Shown: positions 36,201 to 46,021, counted from the first letter of the stretch. The stretch: DNA of 60,266 nt from Fimbriimonadaceae bacterium (GCA_046597875.1 JBKJJL010000224.1:1-60266); one strand, 5' to 3'. The notes: generated by a model from the sequence alone, not told the origin. Translations and numbers: made by a program.

Positions 36201-36566
36201 GTACTGAAGATGAAGCTGAATCCGGGGCCGCTCACCCGGGGCATGGAAGACTACGTCGACGCGATGTTTGATGAAAGTCCCGCGTTCCGGATTGCCCCAC
36301 CCCCCACCCCCCTCCCCGCGACACAAGGCATTCGCGGAGAGGGGGAGCCACTCGTCGTTAGCTTCTTCGATACCGACAGGCCGCTGCGCTCGGGTTGGGC
36401 GTGGGGACAGGAGACGTTGAAGGGAACTGCGTCCGTGGTTGATGTGCCGTTAGGGAAGGGTAGGGTCGTCCTTTACGGGCCGGAAATTCTCTTCCGAGCT
36501 CAGAGCCACGGAACGTTCAAGCTCCTGTTCAACGCGATCTTTCGGTCGGCGAACGGGAACAGGTGA
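33279..36566 (+). CDS. secreted M14 family zinc carboxypeptidase-like protein carrying two in-frame repeat-element insertions
   Basis: ATG at 33279 gives the signal peptide MRRWLLLSLLLSSLVQA. M14 zinc site context WIDGGLHASE. The single ORF stays open through the repeat segments at 34631-34799 and 35627-35930. Confidence 0.8.
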   Translation: MRRWLLLSLLLSSLVQADKIPSPKEFLGHDVCEDYYLANYQELTAYWNELDKRSDRLSVESIGKTEDGRDQLMCVITDPGNRRNLQSYRKASERLARAKDFKNDDDARNFARKQKAIIWIDGGLHASEVLVAQQLIEMAYRLTTAQDAETKRILMDCVILLAHANPDGHDWVADHYMRRSDPKTRSAAGLPFLYQKYCGHDNNRDFYANNMAETRNINRILYSTWYPQIVYNHHQSAPAGTIMFVPPFRNPFNYHMDPMTAIATDLVGTHMHQRMIAEGKAGTAMRGSTLYSTWWNGGLRTTTYFHNMIGILTETWGSPNPGLLPFVQRFQIPSTDVPFPVEAGKMWHLRDSLEYEISANYAILDYASRYRERLLFDFYRAGRNSIERGSKDTWSRYPSRLTAGGAESLKKAENRDARMYVIPSNQPDFPTACKFVEKLMQCGIEVERIVDSGTSVSGVESGEFRVVTSASSGTGVPPVRTTSVPGLESGRQDRDDPATHDRDGHATWPVGSFVIRCDQAFRPHILDMFEPQDHPNDFQYPGGPPIPPYDNAGYTLAYQMGVRFYRVLENVLVLTERVIEVPRIAKFGAQETPTRIIFPSGELSAFAAVNVALKQGLHVTDARAFDPTIRGAKGWLNVFGESSALKKYVDNLKGGSVGALFEYCGTESPEAKLESERYFALISARDKAQPWPNPIGEQSPEVALMKKPRVALWDRYGGSMESGWTRYVLEQFAFDFDVVFPPDLDMGDLNSKYDCIILPNLAVPGPGGRVVGTGPGGETGEDDPEPSLFPRETVGDGSLAGVRVGPWLPSQWISGLDSPSPLEREQGSPVSETLSLPKGEGRGWLVPRGEGWLPTSFASFEQGVIASHPSSPSPFSPGRREGEAGAAFQGGGGAQPQSLAQDPTIPYFYRRRIGTIGEKTIKELRKFVENGGHLLCIGSSSINIARQLKLPVESALVDDKGVALPNTKFYIPGSVLKMKLNPGPLTRGMEDYVDAMFDESPAFRIAPPPTPLPATQGIRGEGEPLVVSFFDTDRPLRSGWAWGQETLKGTASVVDVPLGKGRVVLYGPEILFRAQSHGTFKLLFNAIFRSANGNR
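34631..34799. repeat. GC-rich hairpin/direct-repeat insertion inside the M14 CDS
   Basis: Internal duplication CAGTGGCAC...CACGTCCGTCyCGGGCsTGGAATCCGGA (34631-34664 and 34691-34748), plus a perfect hairpin CATGACCG-GGA-CGGTCATG (34776-34794). It encodes the low-complexity ...DRDDPATHDRDGHAT. Limits are approximate. Confidence 0.6.
35627..35930. repeat. two tandem copies of the ~150-bp composite palindromic (REP/MITE-like) element, in frame inside the M14 CDS
   Basis: Copy 2 shares the 30-nt string AACCCTCTCTCTTCCCAAGGGAGAGGGTCG with the intergenic copy at 52046-52195. The same module order follows (GGGGTGAGGGTTGG..., ...CCCCTTCTCCCCTGGGAGGAGAGAAGGGGA). Limits are approximate. Confidence 0.75.
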
Positions 36567-36673
36567 GTGGTGTTGGGGTGTTACGGTGTTACGGTGTTAC
36601 GGTGTTGAATCTATGCTTAATGATCCAATACCTTAATACCCCAACACTTTAACACCATTAAACACCCCGCACA
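36567..36673. repeat. inverted arrays of 8-bp repeats (5 x nnGGTGTT, then ~6 x nnAAyACC); probable terminator structure between convergent genes
   Basis: GTGGTGTT GGGGTGTT ACGGTGTT ACGGTGTT ACGGTGTT ... CCAATACC TTAATACC CCAACACT TTAACACC ..AAACACC. The arms pair with G.U wobbles only in the + strand RNA. Confidence 0.6.
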
Positions 36674-37753
36674 TTAACAACCCGATACGAGTTCCAGAAC
36701 CGTCTCTCGGTATTTCGTGCGAAAGACTTCTTCATCGAACTTCGCCGCGTGGGCTTTTAGGGCGTTCGGGTCAAATGTCCGTCCCTCAAGTTCCTGAATC
36801 GCCTGCACAAGGGCGTCCACCGTCTGAGTCGGGAAGTGGACCCCGAACTCGGGCAAGACCGACTCCGCCGCGCCGCCTACTCCGTAGGTCACCACCGGCA
36901 GGCCCGCCGCCATCGCTTCAACGGGAACAATGCCAAAGTCTTCGTAGGCGGCAAACAGCACGGCCCGGGAGCGGCCCATGATCCGCTTCAGATCCTCGTC
37001 CGACAAGCGGCCGTGGAACACGACATTTGACAATCCCGCTGCCTGCGCGCGCAACTCCGCTTCCTGTGGACCTGAGCCAACGATGTTGAGTTTGTGGCCG
37101 GTCTTTCTCACCGCTTCGATGAGCAGATCAACCTTTTTGTATTCGATAAGTCTGCCCCAGTAAAGAAAACCTTCTTCTTCCGAAACTCGCTCCACGTCGT
37201 TCCACACCTTGGTGCGAATCGGCGGATTGATGACCCGATGAACCTCCCGACCGTAAAACTTCTTTAGTCTGTCAGCAGTCGTTTGCGAGTTGCAGAGGAG
37301 GAAGTCGGGCTGTTTCGAGGCTACCAAGTCAAGCCGTTTCAGACGCTTGGCGATCAAACGGTGCAACCACGTTCGGGACGCCCTTGGATCGATCTCAGGC
37401 ACCCAAAGGGACCGTGCAGGAGTGTGATAGTAGCAAATATGAACCGCGCCTGGAGCCTTCCGAACACCGTGAGCAAAGGAGTGCGAGCTTGACAACACGA
37501 GGTCGAACCCGGTCAGGTCTAGACTGGCGACGGCCTGCGGCATCAGCGGCGCGTACAGCCAGTGGCGTTTTTTGGCCAAGGGAAAGTTCTGCAAGAAACT
37601 GGCGCGCCACTCCATTCCGTCGAGGAACTTGCAACGATCAGGATCGACGATGGAGCCGAAAACCGTTCCAGGAAACACCTCGCACATTTGGGCGAAGACC
37701 TCTTCCGAGCCTGCCGGAACTGTAAGCCACTCGTGGACGAGAGCGACCTTCAG
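36674..37753 (-). CDS. glycosyltransferase family 4 (GT-B fold)
   Basis: C-terminal GT4 motifs GRLIEYKKVDLLIEA and FAAYEDFGIVPVEAMAAGLPVV. The frame stays open upstream of the track ATG (37687) and encodes the conserved GT4 N-terminus LKVALVHEWLTVPAGSEEVFAQ. The only candidate start is CTG at 37753, overlapping the upstream TGA. Confidence 0.8.
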   Translation of the reverse strand: MKVALVHEWLTVPAGSEEVFAQMCEVFPGTVFGSIVDPDRCKFLDGMEWRASFLQNFPLAKKRHWLYAPLMPQAVASLDLTGFDLVLSSSHSFAHGVRKAPGAVHICYYHTPARSLWVPEIDPRASRTWLHRLIAKRLKRLDLVASKQPDFLLCNSQTTADRLKKFYGREVHRVINPPIRTKVWNDVERVSEEEGFLYWGRLIEYKKVDLLIEAVRKTGHKLNIVGSGPQEAELRAQAAGLSNVVFHGRLSDEDLKRIMGRSRAVLFAAYEDFGIVPVEAMAAGLPVVTYGVGGAAESVLPEFGVHFPTQTVDALVQAIQELEGRTFDPNALKAHAAKFDEEVFRTKYRETVLELVSGC

Positions 37754-38451
37754 CGGGCGCCCCGTGCGGTGAATATGGCGAAGATCGTCTTGAAAATGAT
37801 GTAGAGATCGAACCGAAGACCTGCCTTTTGGAAATACTCCTTATCCAAAGCCACGCGCTCCTCGTAAGTCGTCGCGCTGCGACCGCCGCATTGCCAAAGG
37901 CCGGTGCAGCCGGGGCGCATCGCCATGTACATGTCCTGATCTTCACCATACTTCGCAAGCTCGGGAATGACGATTGGGCGTGGTCCGACGAGAGACATGT
38001 CGCCTTTCACGACGTTCAAAAGTTGAGGCAGTTCGTCCAGGCTCGACTTACGCAAGAAGTTGCCAACCTTTGATATCCGCGGGTCATTCTCAATCTTGAA
38101 GTTCTTTCGATATTCCTCAAGCAGCTCGGGCCGATCCTTGAGGATTTGCTCGGCATTCCGCACCATTGTTCGGAACTTGTAGATGAAAAACGGCTTTCCT
38201 CGATATCCGACGCGCTGCTGTTTGAACATCACAGGCAGGCCGCTCGACATCGCCACAAGAATCGAGACGATAAGGAAAACGGGGAAGAGGACGATCAAAG
38301 CCAAGCTCGAGGCGACAACGTCAAAGATCCGCTTGACCACGTGAAATGCGTGGCGATGGTAGCGCTTCGAGACCGGAAGCATGACGCTTCCATCGGCCGT
38401 CATCGTGCCGTCTGCATTCACTTTCGATGGATCATCAATCCCCAGCATCAA
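37750..38451 (-). CDS. undecaprenyl-phosphate sugar phosphotransferase (bacterial sugar transferase family)
   Basis: KRIFDVVASSLALIVLFPVFLIVSILV...FKQQRVGYRGKPFFIYKFRTM...DELPQLLNVVKGDMSLVGPRP. Confidence 0.88.
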   Translation of the reverse strand: MMLGIDDPSKVNADGTMTADGSVMLPVSKRYHRHAFHVVKRIFDVVASSLALIVLFPVFLIVSILVAMSSGLPVMFKQQRVGYRGKPFFIYKFRTMVRNAEQILKDRPELLEEYRKNFKIENDPRISKVGNFLRKSSLDELPQLLNVVKGDMSLVGPRPIVIPELAKYGEDQDMYMAMRPGCTGLWQCGGRSATTYEERVALDKEYFQKAGLRFDLYIIFKTIFAIFTARGAR

Positions 38452-38588
38452 TAAAAACTTCGCCCTTCAATACAATTTTCGGTACTTCGCGTGCCCGTCC
38501 CCAGGATAGACGCGCACGGTCTACTAAGGTTTACGCCAAGGACCCCGCAACAGTTTGACTCCTCGCCCCTGTGATATGATCCAGAGAG

Positions 38589-40436
38589 ATGTGCGGGATT
38601 GCTGGATATTTGGGGCCTCGGAAGGCCGTCGACGTCGTTTTCGAGCAGCTTAAGCGACTCGAATACAGGGGCTATGATAGCGCAGGAATAGCCTTTCCTG
38701 ACCACGGTGAGATCCAAATCCTCAAGAAAGCTGGCAAACTTTCGGAGCTTGGGCGGCTTTTGGAGGATCATCCGACCGATGTACGCACCGCGATGGGGCA
38801 TTCTCGATGGGCAACCCACGGGCCACCAACCGATCTAAACGCGCATCCTCATTACGACCAAACCGAGGATGTGTCGATCATTCACAACGGGATTATCGAG
38901 AACTATCTCGACTTGAAGGAAGAGTTGGCCGCGAAGGGGCATGAGTTCCAAAGCCAAACGGACACCGAAGTCGCTGCCCACGTCATTGGTGACGAGTACG
39001 CCAAGGGCGTGCCCTTGGAGGAGGCGGTGCGTCTGGCAGTAAAGCGCTTGCGGGGCGCGTATGCGCTCGTGGTCATGTCTCGCCGCGAGCCGGGCAAACT
39101 GGTCGCCACGCGCAACGCAAGCCCCCTTATCCTTGGGCTGGGCGATGGCGAGAACATGCTCGCGAGTGATATTCCGGCGCTCTTGCCGTACACCCGGGAT
39201 GTGGTCGTTTTGGAGGAGGGCCTCATTGCCGTTTTGACCGATCACAGCGTCAAAATCCAAGATAGCGAAGCGCGAGACATTCCGTACAAGCCGATGACGA
39301 TTGAATGGGACATCGCGGCGGCGGAGCGAGGCGGATATGAGCACTTCATGCTCAAAGAAATCCACGAACAGCCCGACGTGATGCGCCAGACTCTGGCGGG
39401 AAGGATCGACGAAACGAATCGGATTCGCTTTGATCAAATCTTCGCCGAGCAGATTTGGTACGACATCGACCGCGTGAACATCATCGCCTGCGGTACAGCG
39501 TATAACGCAGGGCTCATGGGCAAGCACCTCTTCGAGAGGTTGCTTAGATTGCCATGCGATGTTTACTACTCAAGCGAGTTTCGATACGGAGATCCGGTTC
39601 TTTCACCGAGGTCTCTTGCTATTTTTATCACCCAGAGCGGGGAAACCGCGGACACTTTGGCGGCTTTGCGGCTCTGCAAGCAGCGCCGAATACGAACCCT
39701 GGGCATTGTCAATGTGATGGGCTCCAGCATTTCTCGCGAATGCGATCGGACAATCTTCACGCAGGCAGGCCCCGAAATCTGCGTGGCCTCGACCAAAGCC
39801 TACACGGCTCAAGTCATGGTGCTCAATCTGCTGGCTTTGTACATTGCGCAGGTCACGGAGAAAACGGGCGTCGACGTGCCCAATATTGTTGAAGAACTGA
39901 AGCATCTGAGTGAGAAAGCGGCGATCTGCCTGGAGGACGAACCGGCGATTATCGCGATGGCAGAAAAGCTACGTCACGCCCACTTGGCGTTCTTTCTTGG
40001 ACGCGGAGCAGACGCCTACGTCGCTCTGGAGAGCGCCCTGAAACTGAAGGAAATCGCTTACATCCCCACCCAGGAGATGCCAGCCGGAGAAATGAAGCAC
40101 GGGCCGATCGCCCTCATTGAAGAGGGAGTCATCGCGGTTTTCGGAGCTACGAATGATGCGCACATTGAGGGTGCATCGATTCGTGAGAAGGTGATCTCCA
40201 ACATGCAGGAGATCAAGGCGCGGGGCGGTACGATCGTAGCGGTCACCACCCAAGAGGACACGTCGGTCGAACGCGTTGCCGAGTACGTTTTGCGCGTGCC
40301 AAAGTGCGAGAGCGACTTTCTATCCGCCTTGCTTTCCGCTATTCCCCTTCAACTTCTGTCGTATCATATCGCCCGATTGAATGGTCGGGAGATCGACCAG
40401 CCGAGGAATCTTGCGAAATCGGTTACGGTCGAGTAG
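38589..40436 (+). CDS. glmS: glutamine--fructose-6-phosphate aminotransferase (isomerizing)
   Basis: 615 aa. MCGIAGY N-terminal nucleophile, two SIS domains and the canonical C-terminus ...NLAKSVTVE. Confidence 0.95.
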   Translation: MCGIAGYLGPRKAVDVVFEQLKRLEYRGYDSAGIAFPDHGEIQILKKAGKLSELGRLLEDHPTDVRTAMGHSRWATHGPPTDLNAHPHYDQTEDVSIIHNGIIENYLDLKEELAAKGHEFQSQTDTEVAAHVIGDEYAKGVPLEEAVRLAVKRLRGAYALVVMSRREPGKLVATRNASPLILGLGDGENMLASDIPALLPYTRDVVVLEEGLIAVLTDHSVKIQDSEARDIPYKPMTIEWDIAAAERGGYEHFMLKEIHEQPDVMRQTLAGRIDETNRIRFDQIFAEQIWYDIDRVNIIACGTAYNAGLMGKHLFERLLRLPCDVYYSSEFRYGDPVLSPRSLAIFITQSGETADTLAALRLCKQRRIRTLGIVNVMGSSISRECDRTIFTQAGPEICVASTKAYTAQVMVLNLLALYIAQVTEKTGVDVPNIVEELKHLSEKAAICLEDEPAIIAMAEKLRHAHLAFFLGRGADAYVALESALKLKEIAYIPTQEMPAGEMKHGPIALIEEGVIAVFGATNDAHIEGASIREKVISNMQEIKARGGTIVAVTTQEDTSVERVAEYVLRVPKCESDFLSALLSAIPLQLLSYHIARLNGREIDQPRNLAKSVTVE

Positions 40437-41457
40437 CGGCGATTTCGCGAAACGCTTTTATCGTCAGATCGGTCATTTCGTCGTCTACGTCATTATGGAA
40501 AACGCATCGAATCCGATTGGGCGAAGGCGGAAGTGCCCAGATTCCTCGCTCTTTCAGGGCTGATAACCACGGATCGGAAGGGCCGTCAGTGGTGATCAGG
40601 ACCATATTTGTTTGTACGCTGGCGTGATTGACGGTCAAGCCCCTCACTCCGTCAAGACCGTTTGCCAATAACTTCGCGCGGGCATGATCTTCAGAAAGGC
40701 GATTCACCATTCGAGTGAGGCTCACGATTCCGCAGGCCGCTAGAATCCCGGCTTGACGCATTCCTCCTCCGAGCCGCTTTCGCCAGATCCGAGCGCGATC
40801 AATGACCTCGTGGGAACCCACCAAAACGGAGCCAACCGGCGATGCTAGACCTTTGCTCAGGCAAAAGCTCACCGAATCGCAGGTCTCAACGACCTGGCTT
40901 ATCGGCAGCCCAAGCGCGACTGAAGCATTGAATACTCGGGCGCCATCTAGGTGAACTACGATCCTGTACCGATCCGCGATCTCGCGATACGCCCGCATCA
41001 TGTCGAGGGGAAGGATGGTTCCGCCTGCTCGATTGTGGGTGTTTTCCAGACAGATCACCGCCGTGCCGGGCGTGTGGAGGGAGCGCTGCATGACGGCTCT
41101 TTCGACCAACGCGGGATCCATGACGCCTTGGTTCGAGGCCACGGTTCGCGTCATAACACCGTTCAGGACCGCGGGTGCCCCCACTTCATAGTACAAAACG
41201 TGAGCTTCCTCTTCGATGATCATCACATCACCGGGTTGGGTGTGCGAGGCCACCGCGATCTGATTGCCCATCGTTCCACTCGGCACGAAAACGGCGGCTT
41301 CCTTGCCGAGCATTTGGGCCGACATTGTTTCAAGTTTCGTGACCGTAGGGTCGTCTCCAAGGACGTCGTCTCCCAAGGGCGCGGAGGCCATCGCCTCGTA
41401 CATTGCGGGAGTTGGCCGGGTGACGGTATCGGAACGAAGGTCGACGATTGCACTCAC
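40423..41457 (-). CDS. ltaE: low-specificity L-threonine aldolase (PLP-dependent)
   Basis: [22 protein letters not shown], and PLP-lysine context [14 protein letters not shown]. Confidence 0.85.
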   Translation of the reverse strand: MSAIVDLRSDTVTRPTPAMYEAMASAPLGDDVLGDDPTVTKLETMSAQMLGKEAAVFVPSGTMGNQIAVASHTQPGDVMIIEEEAHVLYYEVGAPAVLNGVMTRTVASNQGVMDPALVERAVMQRSLHTPGTAVICLENTHNRAGGTILPLDMMRAYREIADRYRIVVHLDGARVFNASVALGLPISQVVETCDSVSFCLSKGLASPVGSVLVGSHEVIDRARIWRKRLGGGMRQAGILAACGIVSLTRMVNRLSEDHARAKLLANGLDGVRGLTVNHASVQTNMVLITTDGPSDPWLSALKERGIWALPPSPNRIRCVFHNDVDDEMTDLTIKAFREIAATRP

Positions 41458-41481
41458 GTGGGAGAGGATACTTGGGTCGCT

Positions 41482-42984
41482 CTAGTCGGTGTTCCGATAG
41501 CCATCGGTCATGTCCCATATGCCCTGCGATGCGGCCCCTGGGGCCGCCAGATGGGTGCCTGAAGCGTGGGTCGCGATATCGGCGAGTTCTTTCGGGACTT
41601 CCGTTGAGGGAACCCAATCTGCGAACTCTCGGCCAAGAAAACCGGTGTCCATTTGTCCCGCGCGAAATGACGGATGATCCAGCACTTCCAGCAAGTAACT
41701 GATGTTAGTTTTCACGCCGAGAATGTGGAAGTCTTTAAGCGCTGTGCGTAACTTATCGATGGCCTCCGCCCTTGTTGGCGCATGCGCGATGACCTTCGCC
41801 ACCAACGAATCGTAGAATCGCGAAATCTCTCCTCCGGGCCCGAAGCCGGTATCGACCCGGATGCCCGGTGCCTTCGGCTCGGCCCAGGCCAGGATTTTGC
41901 CAACGGAGGGCAGAAATCCCTTCGCAGGATCCTCGGCGACGATGCGCACTTCGATGGCGTGTCCGTGGATGGCGCTTCGGTCACCCGCAAGGACGGCGGC
42001 GGGAACTTCAAGTGGCAATCCGGAGGCGATCCGAAGTTGTTGCTTGACCAGATCGACGCCGGAGATCGCTTCTGTCACGGTGTGCTCTACCTGGAGCCTG
42101 GCGTTAACCTCGAGGAAATAGAACTCCCCCGAAGCCTCGTCATACATAAACTCGGCAGTTCCTGCACCTGTGTATCCGGCCAGCTTAACGAGGGACGCTA
42201 CGCACTCGCGCATTTTCTCCCACACGCCCAGATTGCCGATTGCGAAGATCGGGGAAGGAGCTTCTTCAACCAGTTTCTGGTGCCTCCTTTGCAAGGAACA
42301 TTCACGCTCAAAAAGTACGGCTACATTTCTGTGAGTGTCGGCCAAAATCTGGGCTTCGATGTGCCGGGGTCGCTCGATGAGCTTTTCGACCATCATCGCG
42401 CCATCGCCAAATCCTTTCAGGGCTTCGTCACTGGCGATCGCCGCTTCTTCTAGGAACTGATCCGCGGAGCGCACGATGCGCATGCCCCTTCCGCCGCCAC
42501 CTGCGCTTGCCTTCAGCATGACGGGAAAGCCGATTCGATGCGCTTCTTCGAGTAGCTTTTCGTTCGTCGCGCCAAGTTCGAAGTATCCCGGAGTTACGGG
42601 CACGCCCGCCGAGACGGCGAGTTGCTTTGCGTCTATCTTGGCCCCAAGCTTACGCATGGCATCTGCGCTCGGACCCACGAAGGTGACTCCTGATTGCAAG
42701 CACGCCTCCGCAAAATCGGCGCGCTCAGAGAGGAAACCATAGCCAGGGTGGATCGCATCGGCGCCGGTTTGCTTGGCAGCTGCAAGGATTTTCTGGGCAT
42801 CGAGGTAGCTGGAAGTCGGTTCAGGCTCGCCAATGAAGACGGTTTCGTCGGCCAAGGCGACGTGGAGGGCGTGGCGATCGGCTTCGCTGAAGACGGCGAC
42901 GGTTCGGATCCCCATCTCCCGAGCTGCCCGGATAACGCGCACGGCGATCTCGCCTCGGTTTGCGATCAGGAGCTTGGAGATCAT
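41482..42984 (-). CDS. accC: biotin carboxylase (acetyl/acyl-CoA carboxylase biotin carboxylase subunit)
   Basis: [29 protein letters not shown]-grasp [10 protein letters not shown] and [10 protein letters not shown]-like [15 protein letters not shown]. 500 aa with no BCCP domain visible. Confidence 0.8.
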   Translation of the reverse strand: MISKLLIANRGEIAVRVIRAAREMGIRTVAVFSEADRHALHVALADETVFIGEPEPTSSYLDAQKILAAAKQTGADAIHPGYGFLSERADFAEACLQSGVTFVGPSADAMRKLGAKIDAKQLAVSAGVPVTPGYFELGATNEKLLEEAHRIGFPVMLKASAGGGGRGMRIVRSADQFLEEAAIASDEALKGFGDGAMMVEKLIERPRHIEAQILADTHRNVAVLFERECSLQRRHQKLVEEAPSPIFAIGNLGVWEKMRECVASLVKLAGYTGAGTAEFMYDEASGEFYFLEVNARLQVEHTVTEAISGVDLVKQQLRIASGLPLEVPAAVLAGDRSAIHGHAIEVRIVAEDPAKGFLPSVGKILAWAEPKAPGIRVDTGFGPGGEISRFYDSLVAKVIAHAPTRAEAIDKLRTALKDFHILGVKTNISYLLEVLDHPSFRAGQMDTGFLGREFADWVPSTEVPKELADIATHASGTHLAAPGAASQGIWDMTDGYRNTD

Positions 42985-43019
42985 GTTCGAGGATTGTACT
43001 TACCGCGGGGCTTTTTGGT

Positions 43020-44018
43020 TTATCGCCAACGCGTCCGGAGGGCGTCTTTCTTGCTCTCTGAAAGGAAGGCCGCGTCCACTGCGTTGGCGTATAACTGACC
43101 GGCGATGCTTTCGTCCCACCCGAACGTGTCTGCACAACGCTGCCACTCTTGGGTCAAAGTTGTATTGAACATGGGCGGGTCGTCGGAGTTGAGGGTGACC
43201 GCGATGCCTTCGTCGATGAGCCGCTGAATAGGATGATCGGTAAGGGAAGGGAAGCCCCCGAGGCAGACATTGCTGGTTGGGCAGACCTCCAGGGTGATGC
43301 CATCTCGCTTCAGGCGGGCGACGGTAGCTGGATCGTCAAATGCGCGCACGCCGTGGCCGATGCGCTTGGCTCCGGTGACGTCCAAGGTTTCCTCGATTGA
43401 CCACGCACCCTCCGTTTCTCCGGCGTGGGCGGATACGGGAAGACCAAGAGCACGCGCTTCCTCGAAAGCTTCCTTGTACATCTTCGTGCCCCGATTTTCA
43501 AATCCTGCCAACCCCAGCGCGCACACCCCGTTTCCTCGCCACTCCGCCACCCACTCAACGACCTGCATGGCCCGTTCCGGCGAATCGCCCCGAACGATGT
43601 CGAGGATTAACTGCATGTCGACCTGTAAGGTCTCACGCCCCCACGAAACAGCCCGATTAATGGCCTCCATCTGGTCGCTCACGGAGATGCCGCAGTACTT
43701 CTCAATCGTGCAAGCAGTGAAGGTGGCCTCGCTGTACAAGATGTTCTGATCGGCCTGGCCCTGCAGGAACTCGCGGGCGATGAACTCCAGGTCATCGGCA
43801 GTTTTGATGCACTTCGTGATCGCGACGTAAACATCGACAAAGTGCGAGAAGTCGCGAAACTCGTACCACTGCCGCAATCCCTCAAGCGTGTCCGCTGGCA
43901 GGCTCACGTCGTTCTTTTTCGCCAGCGCGAGGACAGTTTCCGGGCGGATGGAGCCTTCGAGGTGAACATGCAGTTCTACCTTGGGCATCGCTGCGAGAAA
44001 CGCGGGAGACAAGGGCAT
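43020..44018 (-). CDS. add: adenosine deaminase
   Basis: PKVELHVHLEGS, SAHAGE, RIGHG and LNSDDPPMF. Confidence 0.88.
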   Translation of the reverse strand: MPLSPAFLAAMPKVELHVHLEGSIRPETVLALAKKNDVSLPADTLEGLRQWYEFRDFSHFVDVYVAITKCIKTADDLEFIAREFLQGQADQNILYSEATFTACTIEKYCGISVSDQMEAINRAVSWGRETLQVDMQLILDIVRGDSPERAMQVVEWVAEWRGNGVCALGLAGFENRGTKMYKEAFEEARALGLPVSAHAGETEGAWSIEETLDVTGAKRIGHGVRAFDDPATVARLKRDGITLEVCPTSNVCLGGFPSLTDHPIQRLIDEGIAVTLNSDDPPMFNTTLTQEWQRCADTFGWDESIAGQLYANAVDAAFLSESKKDALRTRWR

Positions 44019-44122
44019 GTTTTTAGTTTAGCTCGCGCCGGGAACGGGCGAACGGAAGAAAGGAGGAATGGGAGATGGGAAGGCGACACGTCGTTCGAAC
44101 GGCCAGAGGGTTAGATTACAGA

Positions 44123-46021
44123 CTAGACGTCGTTCGGAGTTCGCTCAGGTGCCTGAAGGAGGGCGCCCGAAGGGTGCTCAATCAGAAATGCTCCACAGCC
44201 AGGGTACTTCGCCTGTAGCGCCTTGACCCGACGTCGAAATGAAGGATGGGTTGCGGCTGTCTGGTCGAACATGTTTAGCTCGTGAACGCTGTGGCTAAAT
44301 TCAGCTATTTTGAGGAGTGCACGAATAACCACGTCGGCATCACCAACCAGTTCGGCAGCAAACTGGTCTGCCTCGAACTCGTGTTTGCGTGACCGGGGAT
44401 TGGTCCAAAAGACGCTGATCAGGGGGGAGGCAAGGCAGATCAGGAATGGCGAGTGAATGAGTGGTCCCAAGGGAGCTTCACGAGGCACGTAGCCTCGAAT
44501 GATGAAGGTCATGGCTATGATGAGTAGGATGAGGAGCAGGCTGTAGATCAGGGCGCGGAGGGGATGCCGGTAGCGAAGATGGGCGACCTCGTGGGCGGCG
44601 ATCGCGCGCACCTCGTCATCCGTTAAGTGGTCGAACAGCCCCTTGGAGAGGACGACCGACTGTGCCGCAGTGGCGAAGGCATTTGCGGAGTCGAGGTTAC
44701 TCATAAATACAGCCCTCAGTTTCACCCCTGCTTTGTCGGCAATCCGGCTGACCTCGTCGTACCACTTGTCACCTGGTCCCAAGCGGGTCCGACCGCCTAC
44801 GATCTCCCGAAATAGCAAGAACGGCATTGCCACGAGCATTCCAATACACGGAAGAAGGAGAAGCGTGGTTCTTGCTCCAAAGGGAAGCGCTCTAACAGCA
44901 GGGAGAAGGATGAGCACCGCAATATAAGCCACCGCCAATGGCACGAACCAGAGGACCACCTCATTGAAGCGGGAAGCGGTGTTCGAGGCACCCTTCAGGT
45001 CTGGATCGCGCTTGAGTATTCTCCATTCAATAAAGAATTGGGCTCCAACAATGATCATCCCACCACCAAGTATTGTAGCTATCGTAATGTGTTGAGGCAG
45101 GCTCATCAACTGCACCAAGAGTGGTGAGGACGAGAAGGCCTTATCCATGAAGGACTCAAGGGTGGCACGACCAAGAGTGAAGAACGCGACTGCGCCAATC
45201 GGCACGGCGATTGGTAGGTACTGCCAGACCTGCCGCTTTGACTGCTTGTTGTAGTCCTCCTGCCTGGTCGTGGGATCGCCTTGGACTAGTTCAGCCGCTT
45301 GGGCCGCCTCGAGCCGCCTTCTGATGGAGCGCCTTCCCATGACCGATGGTGAGGCAAGAACCAAGAGAAAAATAAATGGGCAAGAAAACCCCACGAGCCT
45401 GTGATACCCGTAGATTGTCGTATTGACTTTCAGTCCAAGCGTGTGCGTAACATCTTTGAGTCTAATCAGGGTACCGTGCGTGGGGTCTAGAGTGAGCTCC
45501 TGACCTGTAGTACGCACTTGGTCTGGTCCGCTTGATCTCAGCGACACGATCCAGGGCTTGCTGCCCAAAGCTGACTTGGAAAGTGCGGCGCAGAATTTCC
45601 CTACTGGAAACTCAAACTCCTGCCGCTCCTTCCACCAGTTGCCCTCTTTCTTGAGATAATCATTAAGCTCCAGGTCAACAAAGCGGGTCGTTGGCCGTTC
45701 ACGCCACAAATAATCGGCCTTGGGCCATCCCATCTCCTTTGCTAGGCTGGCTACTGTTTTCTTAAGCACCGCTTGCTCGATTGTCGGTCCAGATAGAAAT
45801 AGGATATCGATGTTGTTTGCGTGAGCACAGAAAATGACGAAGTACCCTTCCTCATCTTTGGATAAGTCCGGAACGTCAATTCCCAGTTTCTTACCAGCGG
45901 CAACAACGTCTCGGATGTCAAACCTGATGCCCCCTTGCTGCTCCCGGATTGACTGGGCGCTTGCGATGTGCGCGAAAAGCGCGAGCGCTAGGAGCAGTGC
46001 AAATCGGGAGCGCTTGGACAT
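44123..46021 (-). CDS. M48 family membrane metallopeptidase with a large N-terminal extracytoplasmic domain
   Basis: 632 aa. Signal peptide, multiple TM helices, and HExxH in IAAHEVAHLRYRH. Confidence 0.75.
   Translation of the reverse strand: MSKRSRFALLLALALFAHIASAQSIREQQGGIRFDIRDVVAAGKKLGIDVPDLSKDEEGYFVIFCAHANNIDILFLSGPTIEQAVLKKTVASLAKEMGWPKADYLWRERPTTRFVDLELNDYLKKEGNWWKERQEFEFPVGKFCAALSKSALGSKPWIVSLRSSGPDQVRTTGQELTLDPTHGTLIRLKDVTHTLGLKVNTTIYGYHRLVGFSCPFIFLLVLASPSVMGRRSIRRRLEAAQAAELVQGDPTTRQEDYNKQSKRQVWQYLPIAVPIGAVAFFTLGRATLESFMDKAFSSSPLLVQLMSLPQHITIATILGGGMIIVGAQFFIEWRILKRDPDLKGASNTASRFNEVVLWFVPLAVAYIAVLILLPAVRALPFGARTTLLLLPCIGMLVAMPFLLFREIVGGRTRLGPGDKWYDEVSRIADKAGVKLRAVFMSNLDSANAFATAAQSVVLSKGLFDHLTDDEVRAIAAHEVAHLRYRHPLRALIYSLLLILLIIAMTFIIRGYVPREAPLGPLIHSPFLICLASPLISVFWTNPRSRKHEFEADQFAAELVGDADVVIRALLKIAEFSHSVHELNMFDQTAATHPSFRRRVKALQAKYPGCGAFLIEHPSGALLQAPERTPNDV

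Noticed and set aside
38452-38588. A possible glmS ribozyme in the 137-bp leader of glmS.
   Set aside because: I could not find the conserved glmS ribozyme core segments or a plausible nested pseudoknot. The spacer is also shorter than the typical ribozyme plus expression platform. A covariance-model scan would settle it.
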